Shown: positions 9,365-20,460, counted from the first letter of the stretch. The stretch: DNA of 64,000 nucleotides from Paludibacteraceae bacterium (GCA_045612045.1 JAZKYJ010000022.1:3284-67283); one strand, 5' to 3'. Notes: generated by a model from the letters alone, not told the origin. Made by a program: numbers and translations.

Positions 9365-11791
9365 TTACTTAACTAGCGCAAATTCAATAACCTCATGAAT
9401 ATCTTGTACATAGTGGAACTTCAATCCCTTGAGGTATTTCTCTGGTATCTCATCCACATCTTTTCGATTCTTCTCGCAAAGAACGATATCAGTGATACCA
9501 GCACGTTTTGCAGCTAACAACTTCTCCTTAACTCCACCGATGGGTAAAACCTTGCCACGCAATGTCATCTCGCCAGTCATAGCGATACGAGGACGCACTT
9601 TCTTGCCTGTGAATGCACTCACCAACGCAGTAGTCATTGTGATACCCGCACTTGGTCCATCCTTTGGAATAGCGCCTTCTGGCACATGGATATGCACAGA
9701 AGTGGTGTCCAATTTTTTACGTGCGATACCAAACTGCTCCGCATGCGCTTTGATATAGCCGAGTGCAATGGTTGCAGACTCTTTCATTACATCCCCCAAG
9801 TTACCCGTAAGCGTGAGAGTAGGGACTTTGGCTGGCGATAATGATGTCTCGATAAACAAGATCTCTCCTCCAACTGATGTCCATGCCAAGCCAGTGACTA
9901 CTCCTATATATTTATTGGTCTCCCACTCGTCACGTGAATAGCGTTTCTTACCGAGGTATTCTACAATGTCTTCCTCTGTAACCGTCACATTATAAGGTTC
10001 TTCCAATGCCATCTTCGTCACCACCTTACGGCATATAGCAGCAATCTTTCGCTCTAGTCCACGCACACCCGACTCACGAGTATAGCCGTCGATAATAATC
10101 GAAATAATACTCTTTTTGAGTTTCAATTGCGATGCTTTCAGCCCGTGATTCTCCAATTCTTTAGGTAGTAGGTGACGCTTAGCAATCTCTTCTTTCTCTT
10201 CTTGCAGGTAGCCCGTCATTTCGATAAGCTCCATACGATCGAGCAATGGGCGAGGGATGGTATCTAGCGAATTGGCTGTAGCAATAAAGAGCACTTTGCT
10301 TAGGTCGTAGTCCACGTCGAGGTAGTTATCGTGGAAAGTGCCATTTTGCTCTGGATCTAGCACCTCAAGTAGTGCACTGGTAGGATCACCCTTGTAGTCA
10401 GATCCTATCTTATCGATCTCATCTAGCACAAATACAGGGTTGCAAGTCTTCACTTTACGAATATTCTCTATGATGCGTCCTGGCATTGCCCCAATGTAGG
10501 TACGACGATGACCACGAAGTTCTGCCTCGTCGTGCAAACCACCCAGACTGATGCGTGCATACTTGCGCCCCAATGCTTCAGCAATCGAGCGTCCCAAGCT
10601 GGTTTTACCCACACCTGGAGGACCATAAAGGCATAGAATAGGGGCCTTCATCCTATCAGGATTATTGCTCAATGCTTTGATTTTCAGCACACTCAGATAT
10701 TCAATGATACGTTCCTTGATCTTCTCCATGCCGTAATGATCTTTATCTAAGATCTCTTGTGCATGGCGTATATCATAGTTATCCTCAGAGTATTCATTCC
10801 AAGGCAAATCGAGTAGGGTATCGAGGTAGTTTTGTTGGGTAGCATACTCAGGCGAATGAGAGTTCATGCGACGCAATTTCTTGAGTTCTTTCTCAAAAGT
10901 AGCTTGCATCTTATCTCCCCACTTCTTATGTTTAGACTGTTCAAGCATTGCATTGGCTTGTTGCTCATCAGAGTCACCCAATTCCTTCTGAATAGTCTCC
11001 ATTTGACGATGGAGAAGGTATTCGCGCTGTTCTCGATCTAAATCTTCTTTGGTTTTGTTCTGAATATCCTTGCGCATCTCTAGCATCTTCACCTCATTGT
11101 TGAGAATTTCAAGCAAACTTAGTGCACGCTCTTTGATAGAGTCAATCTCTAGAAGTTGTTGCTTCTCGGCTATACGAACACCGAAATTACCGCATATATA
11201 GTTGACCAAAGTAGGAGGATTATCAATGCTTCGTAAGGTCATACCAGCCTCAGCGGGCAAGTTCTCCATGCTCTTGATAATCGTTTCAGCAACATTTTTA
11301 AGACTACTTACAAGTGCAACAAACTCTTTATCATTGCGCTTAGGGAAAAGCTCAGTAAGAATTTGTATTTTTGCTTTCATGTATGGACGAACCCCAACAA
11401 TTTCTTGAATATGGATACGTTCCACACCTTCAAGAATAACCATTAGATTGCCATCTGGCATGTCTAATGTGCGCATAACACGTCCAGCTGTACCGATTGG
11501 GAAAATGTCTTCCTCTGATGGTTCTTGCACGTCTTGTGCTTTTTGGCAACAAACAGCTAGTAATTGGTCATTCTTGAAGGCTGTAGTTACCAATTTCTTG
11601 GATTTAGGTCTTCCCACAGTAACTGGTAATAATACCCCTGGGAAAAGCACCATATTACGAAGCGGAAGGACGCCCAGCACATCTCCGTCTTTCAGTTTAG
11701 GAGCTATAGCATCGTCTGTTTCTTCCACTAATGGAATATATTCAACATCTATTTGGTCTTGCGTATCTAATAAATCATCAAAGTAGGTCAT
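9365..11791 (-). CDS. lon: ATP-dependent Lon protease
   Basis: 808-aa ORF with Walker A GPPGVGKTS, catalytic-serine region PKDGPSAGITM and a LON N-terminal domain. Confidence 0.95.
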   Translation of the reverse strand: MTYFDDLLDTQDQIDVEYIPLVEETDDAIAPKLKDGDVLGVLPLRNMVLFPGVLLPVTVGRPKSKKLVTTAFKNDQLLAVCCQKAQDVQEPSEEDIFPIGTAGRVMRTLDMPDGNLMVILEGVERIHIQEIVGVRPYMKAKIQILTELFPKRNDKEFVALVSSLKNVAETIIKSMENLPAEAGMTLRSIDNPPTLVNYICGNFGVRIAEKQQLLEIDSIKERALSLLEILNNEVKMLEMRKDIQNKTKEDLDREQREYLLHRQMETIQKELGDSDEQQANAMLEQSKHKKWGDKMQATFEKELKKLRRMNSHSPEYATQQNYLDTLLDLPWNEYSEDNYDIRHAQEILDKDHYGMEKIKERIIEYLSVLKIKALSNNPDRMKAPILCLYGPPGVGKTSLGRSIAEALGRKYARISLGGLHDEAELRGHRRTYIGAMPGRIIENIRKVKTCNPVFVLDEIDKIGSDYKGDPTSALLEVLDPEQNGTFHDNYLDVDYDLSKVLFIATANSLDTIPRPLLDRMELIEMTGYLQEEKEEIAKRHLLPKELENHGLKASQLKLKKSIISIIIDGYTRESGVRGLERKIAAICRKVVTKMALEEPYNVTVTEEDIVEYLGKKRYSRDEWETNKYIGVVTGLAWTSVGGEILFIETSLSPAKVPTLTLTGNLGDVMKESATIALGYIKAHAEQFGIARKKLDTTSVHIHVPEGAIPKDGPSAGITMTTALVSAFTGKKVRPRIAMTGEMTLRGKVLPIGGVKEKLLAAKRAGITDIVLCEKNRKDVDEIPEKYLKGLKFHYVQDIHEVIEFALVK

Positions 11792-11923
11792 ATACTATAT
11801 AAAGAGTACTTGTCTTTTACCGCTATTTTACATAATCTAAATTAGCAGTTGATTGTTTTATTATTTCTATAAGCAAATTTTTCTTAGGTAAAACAAATAA
11901 AGAAATTAAATAAACCGAATTAT

Positions 11924-13708
11924 TTAATTCTCAGTCTCAAGTAGATTGATCATCAACTCATCCAGTTGCTTTTGATCTACTAAACCAGGAGCCCCTAACA
12001 TCACATCGCGACCTTGGTTATTCTTTGGAAATGCGATGCAGTCGCGTATGCTATCTAAGCCAGCGAACAAACTTACGAAGCGATCCAAACCATAAGCCAA
12101 TCCTCCATGAGGAGGTGCACCAAACTTAAAGGCATTCATCAGGAAGCCGAACTTCAGTTGTGCCTCTTCTGGTGTGAAGCCAAGGATCTCAAAGGTACGT
12201 TGTTGAAGCGCAGCATCGTGGATACGGATACTACCGCCACCAACTTCAACACCATTGATAACCATGTCGTATGCGTTTGCGCGTACAGCAGCTGGATCAG
12301 TATCCATCAAAGGGACATCCTCAGGTTTAGGACTAGTAAATGGATGATGCATAGCCATGAGACGTTGCTCCTCATCACTCCACTCGTACATTGGGAAGTC
12401 TACAATCCAGAGACAAGAGAACTTCTTAGGATCACGCAAACCTAATTGCTTACCAACCTCTAGACGCAACTCACAAAGTTGTTTGCGGGTCTTCATCGCA
12501 TCGTCGCCAGAGAGGATCAAAATTAAGTCACCAGGCTGAGCATTCATCGCCTTTGCCACTTCTTGTAATTGCTCTTGGTTGTAGAATTTATCAACGCTTG
12601 ATTTCACGTTGCCATCTGCCTCAACGCGGGCATAAACCATACCCTTAGCGCCAATCTGTGGGCGTTTCACGTAGTCGGTAAGCGCATCAATTTGCTTGCG
12701 TGTATAACTTGCGCAACCTGTTGCGCAGATACCGCCGATATAGGCAGCATTAGCAAACACACTGAATTTCTCATCTTTCTGTTCCTCGATAGCGTGGAAG
12801 ATTTCATGCAACTCCACAAACTTCATACCGAAGCGTGTATCAGGTTTATCACTACCATAGTACTTCATCGCATCCGCCCATGTCATACGAGGAAAATCTG
12901 GCAAGTCAATATTGAGAATGGACTTGAATAGATGCTTAGACAAGCCTTCGAAGAGTTGGAGCACATCTTCTTGCTCTACGAACGACATCTCACAGTCGAT
13001 CTGCGTAAACTCAGGTTGTCGATCGGCACGTAGGTCCTCATCACGGAAACATTTTACGATTTGGAAGTAACGATCAAATCCGCTGACCATGAGGAGTTGC
13101 TTGAGTATCTGAGGACTTTGTGGTAAAGCATAGAACTGTCCTGGATTCATACGACTTGGCACAATAAAATCTCGTGCACCCTCAGGAGTTGAATTAACCA
13201 AGACAGGAGTCTCGACCTCTAAAAAACCTTTCTCATCCAAATATCTGCGTACCTCAAATGCCATTTTGTGGCGCAATTCAAGATTCTTTCTCACGCAGTT
13301 ACGACGAAGATCTAAGTACCTGTATTTCATACGAATATCATCGCCACCATCAGTATCATCTTCGATAGTAAATGGAGGAGTCACAGCTGCGTTGAGGATA
13401 TTCATCTCAGTCACTTTAATTTCAATTTCGCCAGTAGGAATCTGATTATTTTTGCTCTGACGCTCAATCACTTCACCTGTGACTTGAAGCACGAACTCTC
13501 GCCCTACCCCATTAGCTTTCTCTAGCAAGGTGTCTTGCTCAGCTCTGCCGTCTGATTGAAAAGCTAGCTGAGTAATACCATAGCGGTCACGAAGATCAAT
13601 GAATGTCATACCGCCCATTTTGCGGATTCGTTGTGCCCATCCTGCAAGGGTCACCTTTTGTCCTACGTTAGCGAGTCTAAGCTCACCACAAGTATGTGTT
13701 CTAAACAT
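11924..13708 (-). CDS. aspS: aspartate--tRNA ligase
   Basis: 594-aa ORF. N-terminus [11 protein letters not shown], class II motif [18 protein letters not shown] and C-terminus GGLAYGLDR. Confidence 0.95.
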   Translation of the reverse strand: MFRTHTCGELRLANVGQKVTLAGWAQRIRKMGGMTFIDLRDRYGITQLAFQSDGRAEQDTLLEKANGVGREFVLQVTGEVIERQSKNNQIPTGEIEIKVTEMNILNAAVTPPFTIEDDTDGGDDIRMKYRYLDLRRNCVRKNLELRHKMAFEVRRYLDEKGFLEVETPVLVNSTPEGARDFIVPSRMNPGQFYALPQSPQILKQLLMVSGFDRYFQIVKCFRDEDLRADRQPEFTQIDCEMSFVEQEDVLQLFEGLSKHLFKSILNIDLPDFPRMTWADAMKYYGSDKPDTRFGMKFVELHEIFHAIEEQKDEKFSVFANAAYIGGICATGCASYTRKQIDALTDYVKRPQIGAKGMVYARVEADGNVKSSVDKFYNQEQLQEVAKAMNAQPGDLILILSGDDAMKTRKQLCELRLEVGKQLGLRDPKKFSCLWIVDFPMYEWSDEEQRLMAMHHPFTSPKPEDVPLMDTDPAAVRANAYDMVINGVEVGGGSIRIHDAALQQRTFEILGFTPEEAQLKFGFLMNAFKFGAPPHGGLAYGLDRFVSLFAGLDSIRDCIAFPKNNQGRDVMLGAPGLVDQKQLDELMINLLETEN

Positions 13709-13776
13709 TTTTATTATATTTTATAAATTTACAAAGTGAAAATACCCTCATATTATCATGAGAATGCAAAAATCGT

Positions 13777-13784
13777 GCAAAGGT
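13777..13784 (-). promoter_or_regulatory. -7 promoter box (TACCTTTG on minus strand) for aspS
   Basis: Plus strand reads caaaggta, 69 nt upstream of the ATG at 13708. Confidence 0.45.
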
Positions 13785-13857
13785 ACAAAAAAAATCACAA
13801 AGTTACAAATATTCCTTCTCAAAAGTTAATAAATATAAAAGAAAGAAAGAAAATAAA

Positions 13858-14640
13858 CTACTTTAGCAATATTAAACGCTTAATAATATTTTTTAAATAC
13901 TGCATGAATAATTCTTTTCCCCACAATAATAGGTTATCACTCCAACGTTGCGGATGAGTAGTAATCATGATACGTTCTGGTAACTTACCAGCCTTCGCTG
14001 CAAAAATAATATTATCTGTGGTGTGATACGTTAAACCCTGTTCATTCCATCTATCTTGATGCACAGGAATCTTATCACGAACGGAAACTTTATACCCATC
14101 CCAACAACGACCTGTGTCCGTTAGGTAAAACACTAGACTAAAATCAACATCAAAATAAGGTTCACCTATTAGACTCAGGTCTCTATAGTTATATTTTTTC
14201 CACAAATCCTTTCCATCCCACCTACTCGTTGGTGCTCCATGCATACAAATAGTTTGTACAGGATAAAACTGGCGAAAATATCGTAACCATTTTTGAAAAT
14301 GTATATAAGCTTGATCCAAATCTCCCTTGCATATAGACAAGTCTTCGTAATGGTACCCAATTTCATGCCCCAGATCTAAGATGGCACGAATTATTTCAGG
14401 CTGATTACTTTCTTTCACAACACGAAAATAATATGTTGCCTCAATACCCAACTCATGCTCAATTTTCGCAACTTGCAAACTATTACTTGCACGTAAATCC
14501 ACATCGTGTCGTAGGATAATCCAACGTTGGCTACAAGATACATTTTGCTCACAATATTGGTGAAATGTAACAAATTTATACCCTGCTTCTAACAAGGAAA
14601 TCAACAACTCACGATATTTACGTAATGTAAAGTCTTTCAT
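13858..14640 (-). CDS. divergent polysaccharide deacetylase-like protein
   Basis: 260-aa ORF. ILRHDVDL and GHEIGYHY resemble NodB/CE4 metal-binding motifs. The assignment is from motif memory only. Confidence 0.55.
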   Translation of the reverse strand: MKDFTLRKYRELLISLLEAGYKFVTFHQYCEQNVSCSQRWIILRHDVDLRASNSLQVAKIEHELGIEATYYFRVVKESNQPEIIRAILDLGHEIGYHYEDLSICKGDLDQAYIHFQKWLRYFRQFYPVQTICMHGAPTSRWDGKDLWKKYNYRDLSLIGEPYFDVDFSLVFYLTDTGRCWDGYKVSVRDKIPVHQDRWNEQGLTYHTTDNIIFAAKAGKLPERIMITTHPQRWSDNLLLWGKELFMQYLKNIIKRLILLK

Positions 14641-14704
14641 TTACTTATTATGTTGCGAATTAGTATTTACATCAAATCTACAAATGCATATTCGCACGTA
14701 CAAT

Positions 14705-15499
14705 TTACTTATAAATCTGATTTAGATGTTGTGCCAACTTGATAGCACTTATATACATTTGCCATTCCATTTCATCTATCCAAAAATACGAATAATGGTA
14801 TGCGTTGCCATTCCAAGAAGTTTGGTAGGTATAAATGTCATCCGTTAGATGATATGTAGATAAAAGGGTTTCGTGCTCGGTCATTTTTTGCACACTTTTT
14901 TTCATTTTACCAAACCTATCCTGCAGATAAATCGCATATTCTGAATATGTAAAACCCTTGCTATCAATAATTTTTGCATCCCATACAGAATGAAGATTGG
15001 TATTTTGTCCAAACCACTTCATTTTCACAGCATTGCCACCTTTGTCGTCCAAGTGCGCAACATGCATGGGACAATATCGGTCCGCATATAAATGTACATA
15101 AAACGCTAGTGCATCGTGATTATCTTTGTGATATTTAAGTTCATTTTTCAAACTATCCAATGCACGAAACATATTTCCGCCCTCATGTGGGTAATCTGTT
15201 AGTTTTGCCACCACTGCAGAATCAGTCAATCCTCCATCTAAATCTTGATAATGCCAATCATGACTATTTGGATAAATAGTATCGCTCTTAATTTCATCTG
15301 CCCACGAAGCTAAGTAAATCATACCATGTTTACCCAATACAGCATCAACTTGTTTTCGCGCTCTTTTATTTAGATTATCATAAGCGACTTGTGCAATTAT
15401 TCGGTGACCTTTTGCACCCCATGCCAATAAATGTTGTCCATAAGGCACAAGTACCAACAACATTAAAGACAATACAAGAAATCTTTTCATATAATTCAT
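14705..15499 (-). CDS. S1/P1 family nuclease
   Basis: After the signal peptide comes WGAKGHRIIAQVAY, followed by SWADEIK and DWHY, which are characteristic of S1/P1 nucleases. The track start at 15508 is TTG; ATG at 15499 or 15490 is more likely. Confidence 0.8.
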   Translation of the reverse strand: MNYMKRFLVLSLMLLVLVPYGQHLLAWGAKGHRIIAQVAYDNLNKRARKQVDAVLGKHGMIYLASWADEIKSDTIYPNSHDWHYQDLDGGLTDSAVVAKLTDYPHEGGNMFRALDSLKNELKYHKDNHDALAFYVHLYADRYCPMHVAHLDDKGGNAVKMKWFGQNTNLHSVWDAKIIDSKGFTYSEYAIYLQDRFGKMKKSVQKMTEHETLLSTYHLTDDIYTYQTSWNGNAYHYSYFWIDEMEWQMYISAIKLAQHLNQIYK

Positions 15500-15514
15500 A
15501 TCATTCAAATTTAA

Positions 15515-15925
15515 TTACGATTTTAGAGTATCAATCTTGTTTCGATACACCACATGGCGTTGATAGAGATACTCCAAGGATAGATTCAGCAACATATTAA
15601 TGATTGTCACTAGGTATTCATTCCAAAACAGGTCTTCTGCTAACCAATTGCCTAACAAAGTTGTAGCCGGGGTAAATACCATGTAGAATAATACCACAAG
15701 CAACATAGCCCGTGTGATGTTAGCATTGGATTTAAATGTAAATCTACGATTGAAGGTAAAGTTCCAAAGAACACTTAACAACAACGATATTAAATAGCAA
15801 GGCCAATAAGGCCAGTCTATGCATTCATTGAGCAGAGTAAACGAGCCAAACTGTATAATGCCCGCACTAGCAGAAAACAGCACAAACTTCAAAACTCTAA
15901 ACCACTCATTAGCTGAAAACTTCAT
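15515..15925 (-). CDS. GtrA-family membrane protein
   Basis: 136-aa ORF with four hydrophobic segments and FTFNRRFTFKS, typical of the GtrA family. Confidence 0.8.
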   Translation of the reverse strand: MKFSANEWFRVLKFVLFSASAGIIQFGSFTLLNECIDWPYWPCYLISLLLSVLWNFTFNRRFTFKSNANITRAMLLVVLFYMVFTPATTLLGNWLAEDLFWNEYLVTIINMLLNLSLEYLYQRHVVYRNKIDTLKS

Positions 15926-15947
15926 CTAATAATCTAATTTTTATCTA

Positions 15948-16481
15948 TTAATACAATTCTAACCACTCTACTCTATTTCCTACCAACCGAAGATACTTCT
16001 GAAAATCAGCAAGTTGAATCACTACAGTTCCACGACAATCATTAGGATGAAAACTCAAACTATCTGCTAGCAACAGATTCTTGTCAAGAAACAAGATCAC
16101 ATGATGTTCCTCATCATTGATCAATCCGAAAGGACTCACACTACCTGGTTCTAGCCCCAAGTATTTCATCATTCGTTCTGGACTTGCAAATGAGAGTTTA
16201 CCAGGCGCTTTTTGCCCTGCTGCCACCAATGATTCTTTCAAGCGTTGCTCCAAATCATGTATTGCCAAGTCATGATCACAATGAAAACATATCAAATAGT
16301 GCTGATTACCTTTGTGATTACGCATGAAGATATTCTTACAATGCACACTACCATCCTCCTTCCACCAACGTTTAGCCTCCTCTATAGTTTTACCCTCAGG
16401 ATGGTTATAACAAGTAAAAGGTATCTGATGCTCAGTCAAATACGCCAACACACGATCTTGTCGCGAAGTATCTGTTATCAT
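15948..16481 (-). CDS. prolyl-tRNA synthetase-associated (YbaK/ProX-like) deacylase domain protein
   Basis: About 177 aa. HCKNIFMRNHKGNQHYL and PGSVSPFGLIND resemble the YbaK/ProX family. Taking ATG at 16481 gives an ATGA overlap with the lpd stop. Confidence 0.75.
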   Translation of the reverse strand: MITDTSRQDRVLAYLTEHQIPFTCYNHPEGKTIEEAKRWWKEDGSVHCKNIFMRNHKGNQHYLICFHCDHDLAIHDLEQRLKESLVAAGQKAPGKLSFASPERMMKYLGLEPGSVSPFGLINDEEHHVILFLDKNLLLADSLSFHPNDCRGTVVIQLADFQKYLRLVGNRVEWLELY

Positions 16482-17869
16482 TTGCATTCGCTTATTACTT
16501 CTCGCAACACTTCAGATACTGTTGGGTGTGGAAAGACTACTTGCTTAAACTCACCTACCGTGTATCCCATACGAACAGCAAAACTAGCTGCTGCTACAAA
16601 CTCCGAACATGGATTGCCTATCATATGTACACCCATGATTGTTTTACTCCTTTTATCCACAATCACTTTGCACAAGCCTGTTTCACCCTCATTCTCTGCT
16701 ACAAAACGACCAGAATATGTCATTGGCAGTTTGTGTACTTCGTATGGAACAAATGGCTCATCCGTTGTCATTGAAGGAGCAAAATCACCTTCTTTAATTT
16801 CGTTGAGATCTTTTTCCGTCAATCCTACAGACGCAATTTCAGGATTGGTGTACACTACGCTAGGAATAGCATTATATGCTATACGTTGCAAGGGCAACTG
16901 CTTGAGCATACGTCCTACAGCTACCTCTGCTTGACGACTTGCCACATGTGCCAGCATAATCTTGCCTGTTACATCACCCGCAGCATAGACATTCTTCAGG
17001 TTAGTACGCATAAACTCATCCACCACGATTCCACCACGATAGATTTCTATATCATTCAGCGCTTCCAATCCCTGCATATTAGCCCTACGTCCCACAGAAA
17101 CCAACACATGCTCCGCCTCGTATGCGCCATTGGTAGTAACTACTTTGTTTCCTTGAATCTCCGTAACTTTTGTATCGGTCAAGATTTGTATTCCTGACTT
17201 TTTGTATTTCTCAAGCAAGATTGATACTACCTCTTGATCCAAATTAGGAAGTATGGTTGGCATAGCCTCAATTACAGTAACAGGCACTCCTAACTCATGA
17301 TACAATGTAGCAAACTCCATTCCGATAACACCACCACCCACTATAATCATTGATTGTGGGAGGGTATTGCTAGCCAATGCATCTGTAGAATCCCATACAG
17401 CAGGATTTTCTTTTATACCAGGTATTGGAGGTACAAAGTTGGTAGATCCTGTACAAATCAGCAGGTTCTCAGCTTCAAACTGCTCCTCGCCACATGCGAT
17501 CACTACTTGCTCGTCCGTACGACTCAGCACACTAGCCGCACCCATTACCACACGGCAATGCTCATTATTGAGTTTCTGCTTGATACCCGCAACCAACTTA
17601 CGCACTACCTTAGTTTTTCGTTGTGCAATCTTTGCATAATCGAATGTTATATTTTCTGCAGCAACACCGTATTTCGTAGCGTTTTTAGCGTTAAAGTATT
17701 GCTTTGCACTATATAATAAGGTTTTAGTTGGAATACATCCTACATTAAGACAAGTACCACCTAAGGCTGACTGTTCAAAGAGAACTACATCCTTACCCGC
17801 TTTTGATGCTATCTCTGCAGCTGTATATCCTGCAGGACCACCGCCGATTATTGCTAAAAAGTATTTCAT
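16478..17869 (-). CDS. lpdA: dihydrolipoyl dehydrogenase
   Basis: 463-aa ORF with FAD motif GGGPAGY, redox-active disulfide CLNVGCIPTK and C-terminal interface HPTVSE. Confidence 0.9.
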   Translation of the reverse strand: MKYFLAIIGGGPAGYTAAEIASKAGKDVVLFEQSALGGTCLNVGCIPTKTLLYSAKQYFNAKNATKYGVAAENITFDYAKIAQRKTKVVRKLVAGIKQKLNNEHCRVVMGAASVLSRTDEQVVIACGEEQFEAENLLICTGSTNFVPPIPGIKENPAVWDSTDALASNTLPQSMIIVGGGVIGMEFATLYHELGVPVTVIEAMPTILPNLDQEVVSILLEKYKKSGIQILTDTKVTEIQGNKVVTTNGAYEAEHVLVSVGRRANMQGLEALNDIEIYRGGIVVDEFMRTNLKNVYAAGDVTGKIMLAHVASRQAEVAVGRMLKQLPLQRIAYNAIPSVVYTNPEIASVGLTEKDLNEIKEGDFAPSMTTDEPFVPYEVHKLPMTYSGRFVAENEGETGLCKVIVDKRSKTIMGVHMIGNPCSEFVAAASFAVRMGYTVGEFKQVVFPHPTVSEVLREVISECK

Positions 17870-17893
17870 ATTGTGTAAAAGATTGATTCTAAA

Positions 17894-18358
17894 CTACGAT
17901 AAGGATGAAAGGTATATTCGCACAGCAGATGCCACCATCTCTTCGCAAGGACGCTTTTGATAGTATGCTGCATTGCGAACTTCAGGTTGAGGATCCTGAG
18001 CCTTTGGAGCTATTCCTAATAATTCTGCACAAATCAGACTACCATTCTCGCGTTCAAATTGTCCTGCCAAAGATTGGACAAACGCATAATTCTGCTTTTT
18101 GCCGTTGGCATCTCCAGGTAGAGAACTACCATTTTCTAAACCTGCTAGTAAAAACATACCACACGCTGCACCACAAGTTTGACGCATACGACCTATTCCT
18201 CCACCAAAAGATGCTGCTATACGTAGCGCCGTATCTTCATCCATACCATAAAGGTCAGCACATGCTGCACATACCGACTGACTACAATTAAATCCTTGGT
18301 GAAAAAGCGCCTTTGCCTTTTCAACGCGTATTTCTATTTCCTGACTCGATAATTTCAT
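17894..18358 (-). CDS. C_GCAxxG_C_C family protein
   Basis: GFNCSQSV.AACADLYG and the CGAACG motif. ATG at 18358 is preferred over the TTG track start at 18370. Confidence 0.8.
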   Translation of the reverse strand: MKLSSQEIEIRVEKAKALFHQGFNCSQSVCAACADLYGMDEDTALRIAASFGGGIGRMRQTCGAACGMFLLAGLENGSSLPGDANGKKQNYAFVQSLAGQFERENGSLICAELLGIAPKAQDPQPEVRNAAYYQKRPCEEMVASAVRIYLSSLS

Positions 18359-18366
18359 GCGATATA

Positions 18367-18984
18367 TCAACCAATAAAATTAGTCCTAACCTTAGGTTTC
18401 TCCCCTTCAGGGTGATGCTCGGAAACTAAAGTACGCATCATCCATGCCATATTTCTAGCCAAAGTACGCATGGTTTGCAAGCCTTCAGCATCTTGCTCTG
18501 CCTCACCTTTCTCCCAACCATGTACACTATTCCAATATTGCGAAGATACAACAGGCATATTATTAATAGTAAAATACTTATTGAGGCGGTCAAAACATGC
18601 ACTTGCACCACCACGTCTGCATACTGCTACAGCAGCTGCTGGTTTATACGACAACATAGAGCCCGCTGAATAGAACAAGCGATCTAGCAGTGCGCATAAC
18701 GAGCCATTTGGACCTGCATAATAGACAGGCGAACCCACTACCAAACCATCTACACCTTGCGATAGTATCTCATGTAATTGATCATACAACGCATCGGAAA
18801 AAGCACATTTCCCCTTTTTCGTATGACATACACCACAAGCTACACATCCACGCACAGGTTGGGTGCCGATGTTCACTAGGATTGTTTCAACGCCTTCGTT
18901 TTCTAACGTACGTGCCACCTCGTTCAGAGCAATATGCGTATTACCATTTACACGAGGACTACCATTAATAAGTAAAACTCTCAT
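18367..18984 (-). CDS. flavodoxin-like / NADPH-dependent FMN reductase family protein
   Basis: 205-aa ORF. MRVLLINGSPRVNGNT is the typical FMN-reductase N-terminus, followed by a Cys cluster CVACGVC. Confidence 0.7.
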   Translation of the reverse strand: MRVLLINGSPRVNGNTHIALNEVARTLENEGVETILVNIGTQPVRGCVACGVCHTKKGKCAFSDALYDQLHEILSQGVDGLVVGSPVYYAGPNGSLCALLDRLFYSAGSMLSYKPAAAVAVCRRGGASACFDRLNKYFTINNMPVVSSQYWNSVHGWEKGEAEQDAEGLQTMRTLARNMAWMMRTLVSEHHPEGEKPKVRTNFIG

Positions 18985-19004
18985 AATACCTCCAATTTAG
19001 GCTG

Positions 19005-19012
19005 CAAAGGTA
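19005..19012 (-). promoter_or_regulatory. -7 promoter box (TACCTTTG on minus strand) for the flavoprotein operon
   Basis: Plus strand reads caaaggta, 21 nt upstream of the ATG at 18984. Confidence 0.45.
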
Positions 19013-19098
19013 CGAAAATATTTGAAAATATGCAAATTTAACAAAAATTATCTCTTTCTAATTACGACTTTTCATTTTAATGAATACCACTGAAGATA

Positions 19099-20391
19099 CT
19101 ATCGCAATCTTAGGAAACCTATGCCAAATCGTTTTACAGCAGCGCGCTCCAATTCTTCTCGTACTGATGGATCGGCTATGCTAATTAAAGCCTTGGCACG
19201 CTCGGCTAGTGGCAAATTACGCAAGTAAACAATACCATGCTCGGTGGCAATATATTGGGCTTGGAAACGGGTTGTCACCACACCTGCCCCAGGTGCTAGG
19301 TTAGCCACAATCTTGGATTGTCCTTTGCTAGTCATACTAGGCAATGCAATAAAGCATTTACCACCTTCAGAGAGCGAAGCACCATACATAAAGTCGTGTT
19401 GTCCCCCTACACCAGAGATGATAGTTTCGCCTATAGAGTCGGCACAAATTTGTCCGGTAAGGTCCACCTCAATGGCCGAATTGATAGCCATAGCTTTAGG
19501 GTTTTGACGGATGTTTTGTGGGTCATTGGTGAAGGCTACGTCGCGAATAACAAAGTCTTCATTGTTATGCATGTATTCGTAGAGATGTTTCGAGCCAAGC
19601 ACCAGACTACCAAGGGATTTGCCAGGATAAATTTTCTTGAGCGAGTTATCAATGATGCCTTTTTGAATGAGTGGTAAAACACCATCTGTGATAGCTTCTG
19701 TATGTAGTCCGAGGTGCTGGTGACTGCCAAGCGCATTGATGACTGCATTAGGGATTCCCCCTACTCCAATCTGCAAAGTTGCTCCATCAGGAATCTCGTT
19801 GGCAATGAAGTTTCCGATGCGTGTTTCCACTTCGGTTGGAACAGGGGTTGGAACCTCTATGAGTTCCTCATCACCGCGGCACATAGCTGCAATTTGGCTG
19901 ACGTGGATCACTGGATCACCAAAAGTGCGAGGCATATACTTATTGACTTGCGCGATGACAGTCTTGGCACATTCAGCACCTGAGAAAGCGATATCGGCAC
20001 TAATACCATAAGAGCAGTATCCGTTCTCATCAGGTTCGCTAACATTTAGGAATGCCACATCCACAGGAACCTGTCCGCTACGGAACAGGAAAGGCACTTC
20101 GCCCAAGAAACATGGGATGGTGTCCGCTATACCCTCTTTCATCGCACGACGCAGGTTGTTGGGTACAAAGATATTAAGCGCACGGAAGGAGTCCATTAAT
20201 TCGCGTTTAGCATATGGTGCTTCTTCGGGATGCACGCCAAAACCAGAAATGACTTTCACATCGCGCAGTTCGCTAGCACGCTCCGTGAGCGCACGGAGAA
20301 GAACCATAGGAATGGAGGTTGAACCTTGAACAACAATGGTGTCGCCTGATTTAACGAGACCGACGGCCTCTATGGGAGATACGAATTTCAT
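19099..20391 (-). CDS. acetyl-CoA hydrolase/transferase family protein (4-hydroxybutyrate CoA-transferase-like)
   Basis: About 430 aa. The overall pattern (SGDTIVVQG.., GVGGIPNAV, EVDLTGQ, SGVGGQ.DF) matches the Cat2/AbfT family. ATG at 20391 is preferred; the track TTG start at 20415 lies inside the promoter box. Confidence 0.8.
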   Translation of the reverse strand: MKFVSPIEAVGLVKSGDTIVVQGSTSIPMVLLRALTERASELRDVKVISGFGVHPEEAPYAKRELMDSFRALNIFVPNNLRRAMKEGIADTIPCFLGEVPFLFRSGQVPVDVAFLNVSEPDENGYCSYGISADIAFSGAECAKTVIAQVNKYMPRTFGDPVIHVSQIAAMCRGDEELIEVPTPVPTEVETRIGNFIANEIPDGATLQIGVGGIPNAVINALGSHQHLGLHTEAITDGVLPLIQKGIIDNSLKKIYPGKSLGSLVLGSKHLYEYMHNNEDFVIRDVAFTNDPQNIRQNPKAMAINSAIEVDLTGQICADSIGETIISGVGGQHDFMYGASLSEGGKCFIALPSMTSKGQSKIVANLAPGAGVVTTRFQAQYIATEHGIVYLRNLPLAERAKALISIADPSVREELERAAVKRFGIGFLRLR

Positions 20392-20412
20392 GGTATTGAT
20401 ACTTATTTTTTG

Positions 20413-20420
20413 CAAAGGTA
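20413..20420 (-). promoter_or_regulatory. -7 promoter box (TACCTTTG on minus strand) for the CoA-transferase gene
   Basis: Plus strand reads caaaggta, 22 nt upstream of the ATG at 20391. Confidence 0.45.
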
Positions 20421-20460
20421 GTAAAAATTTTTCAAATACACAAGAAATGCAGTGTTTTCT

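Noticed and set aside
13736-13957. A 73-aa plus-strand ORF in and next to the aspS upstream gap.
   Set aside because: It is AT-rich and Lys/Asn-rich, overlaps the aspS promoter box and the 3' end of the deacetylase-like gene, and has no support.
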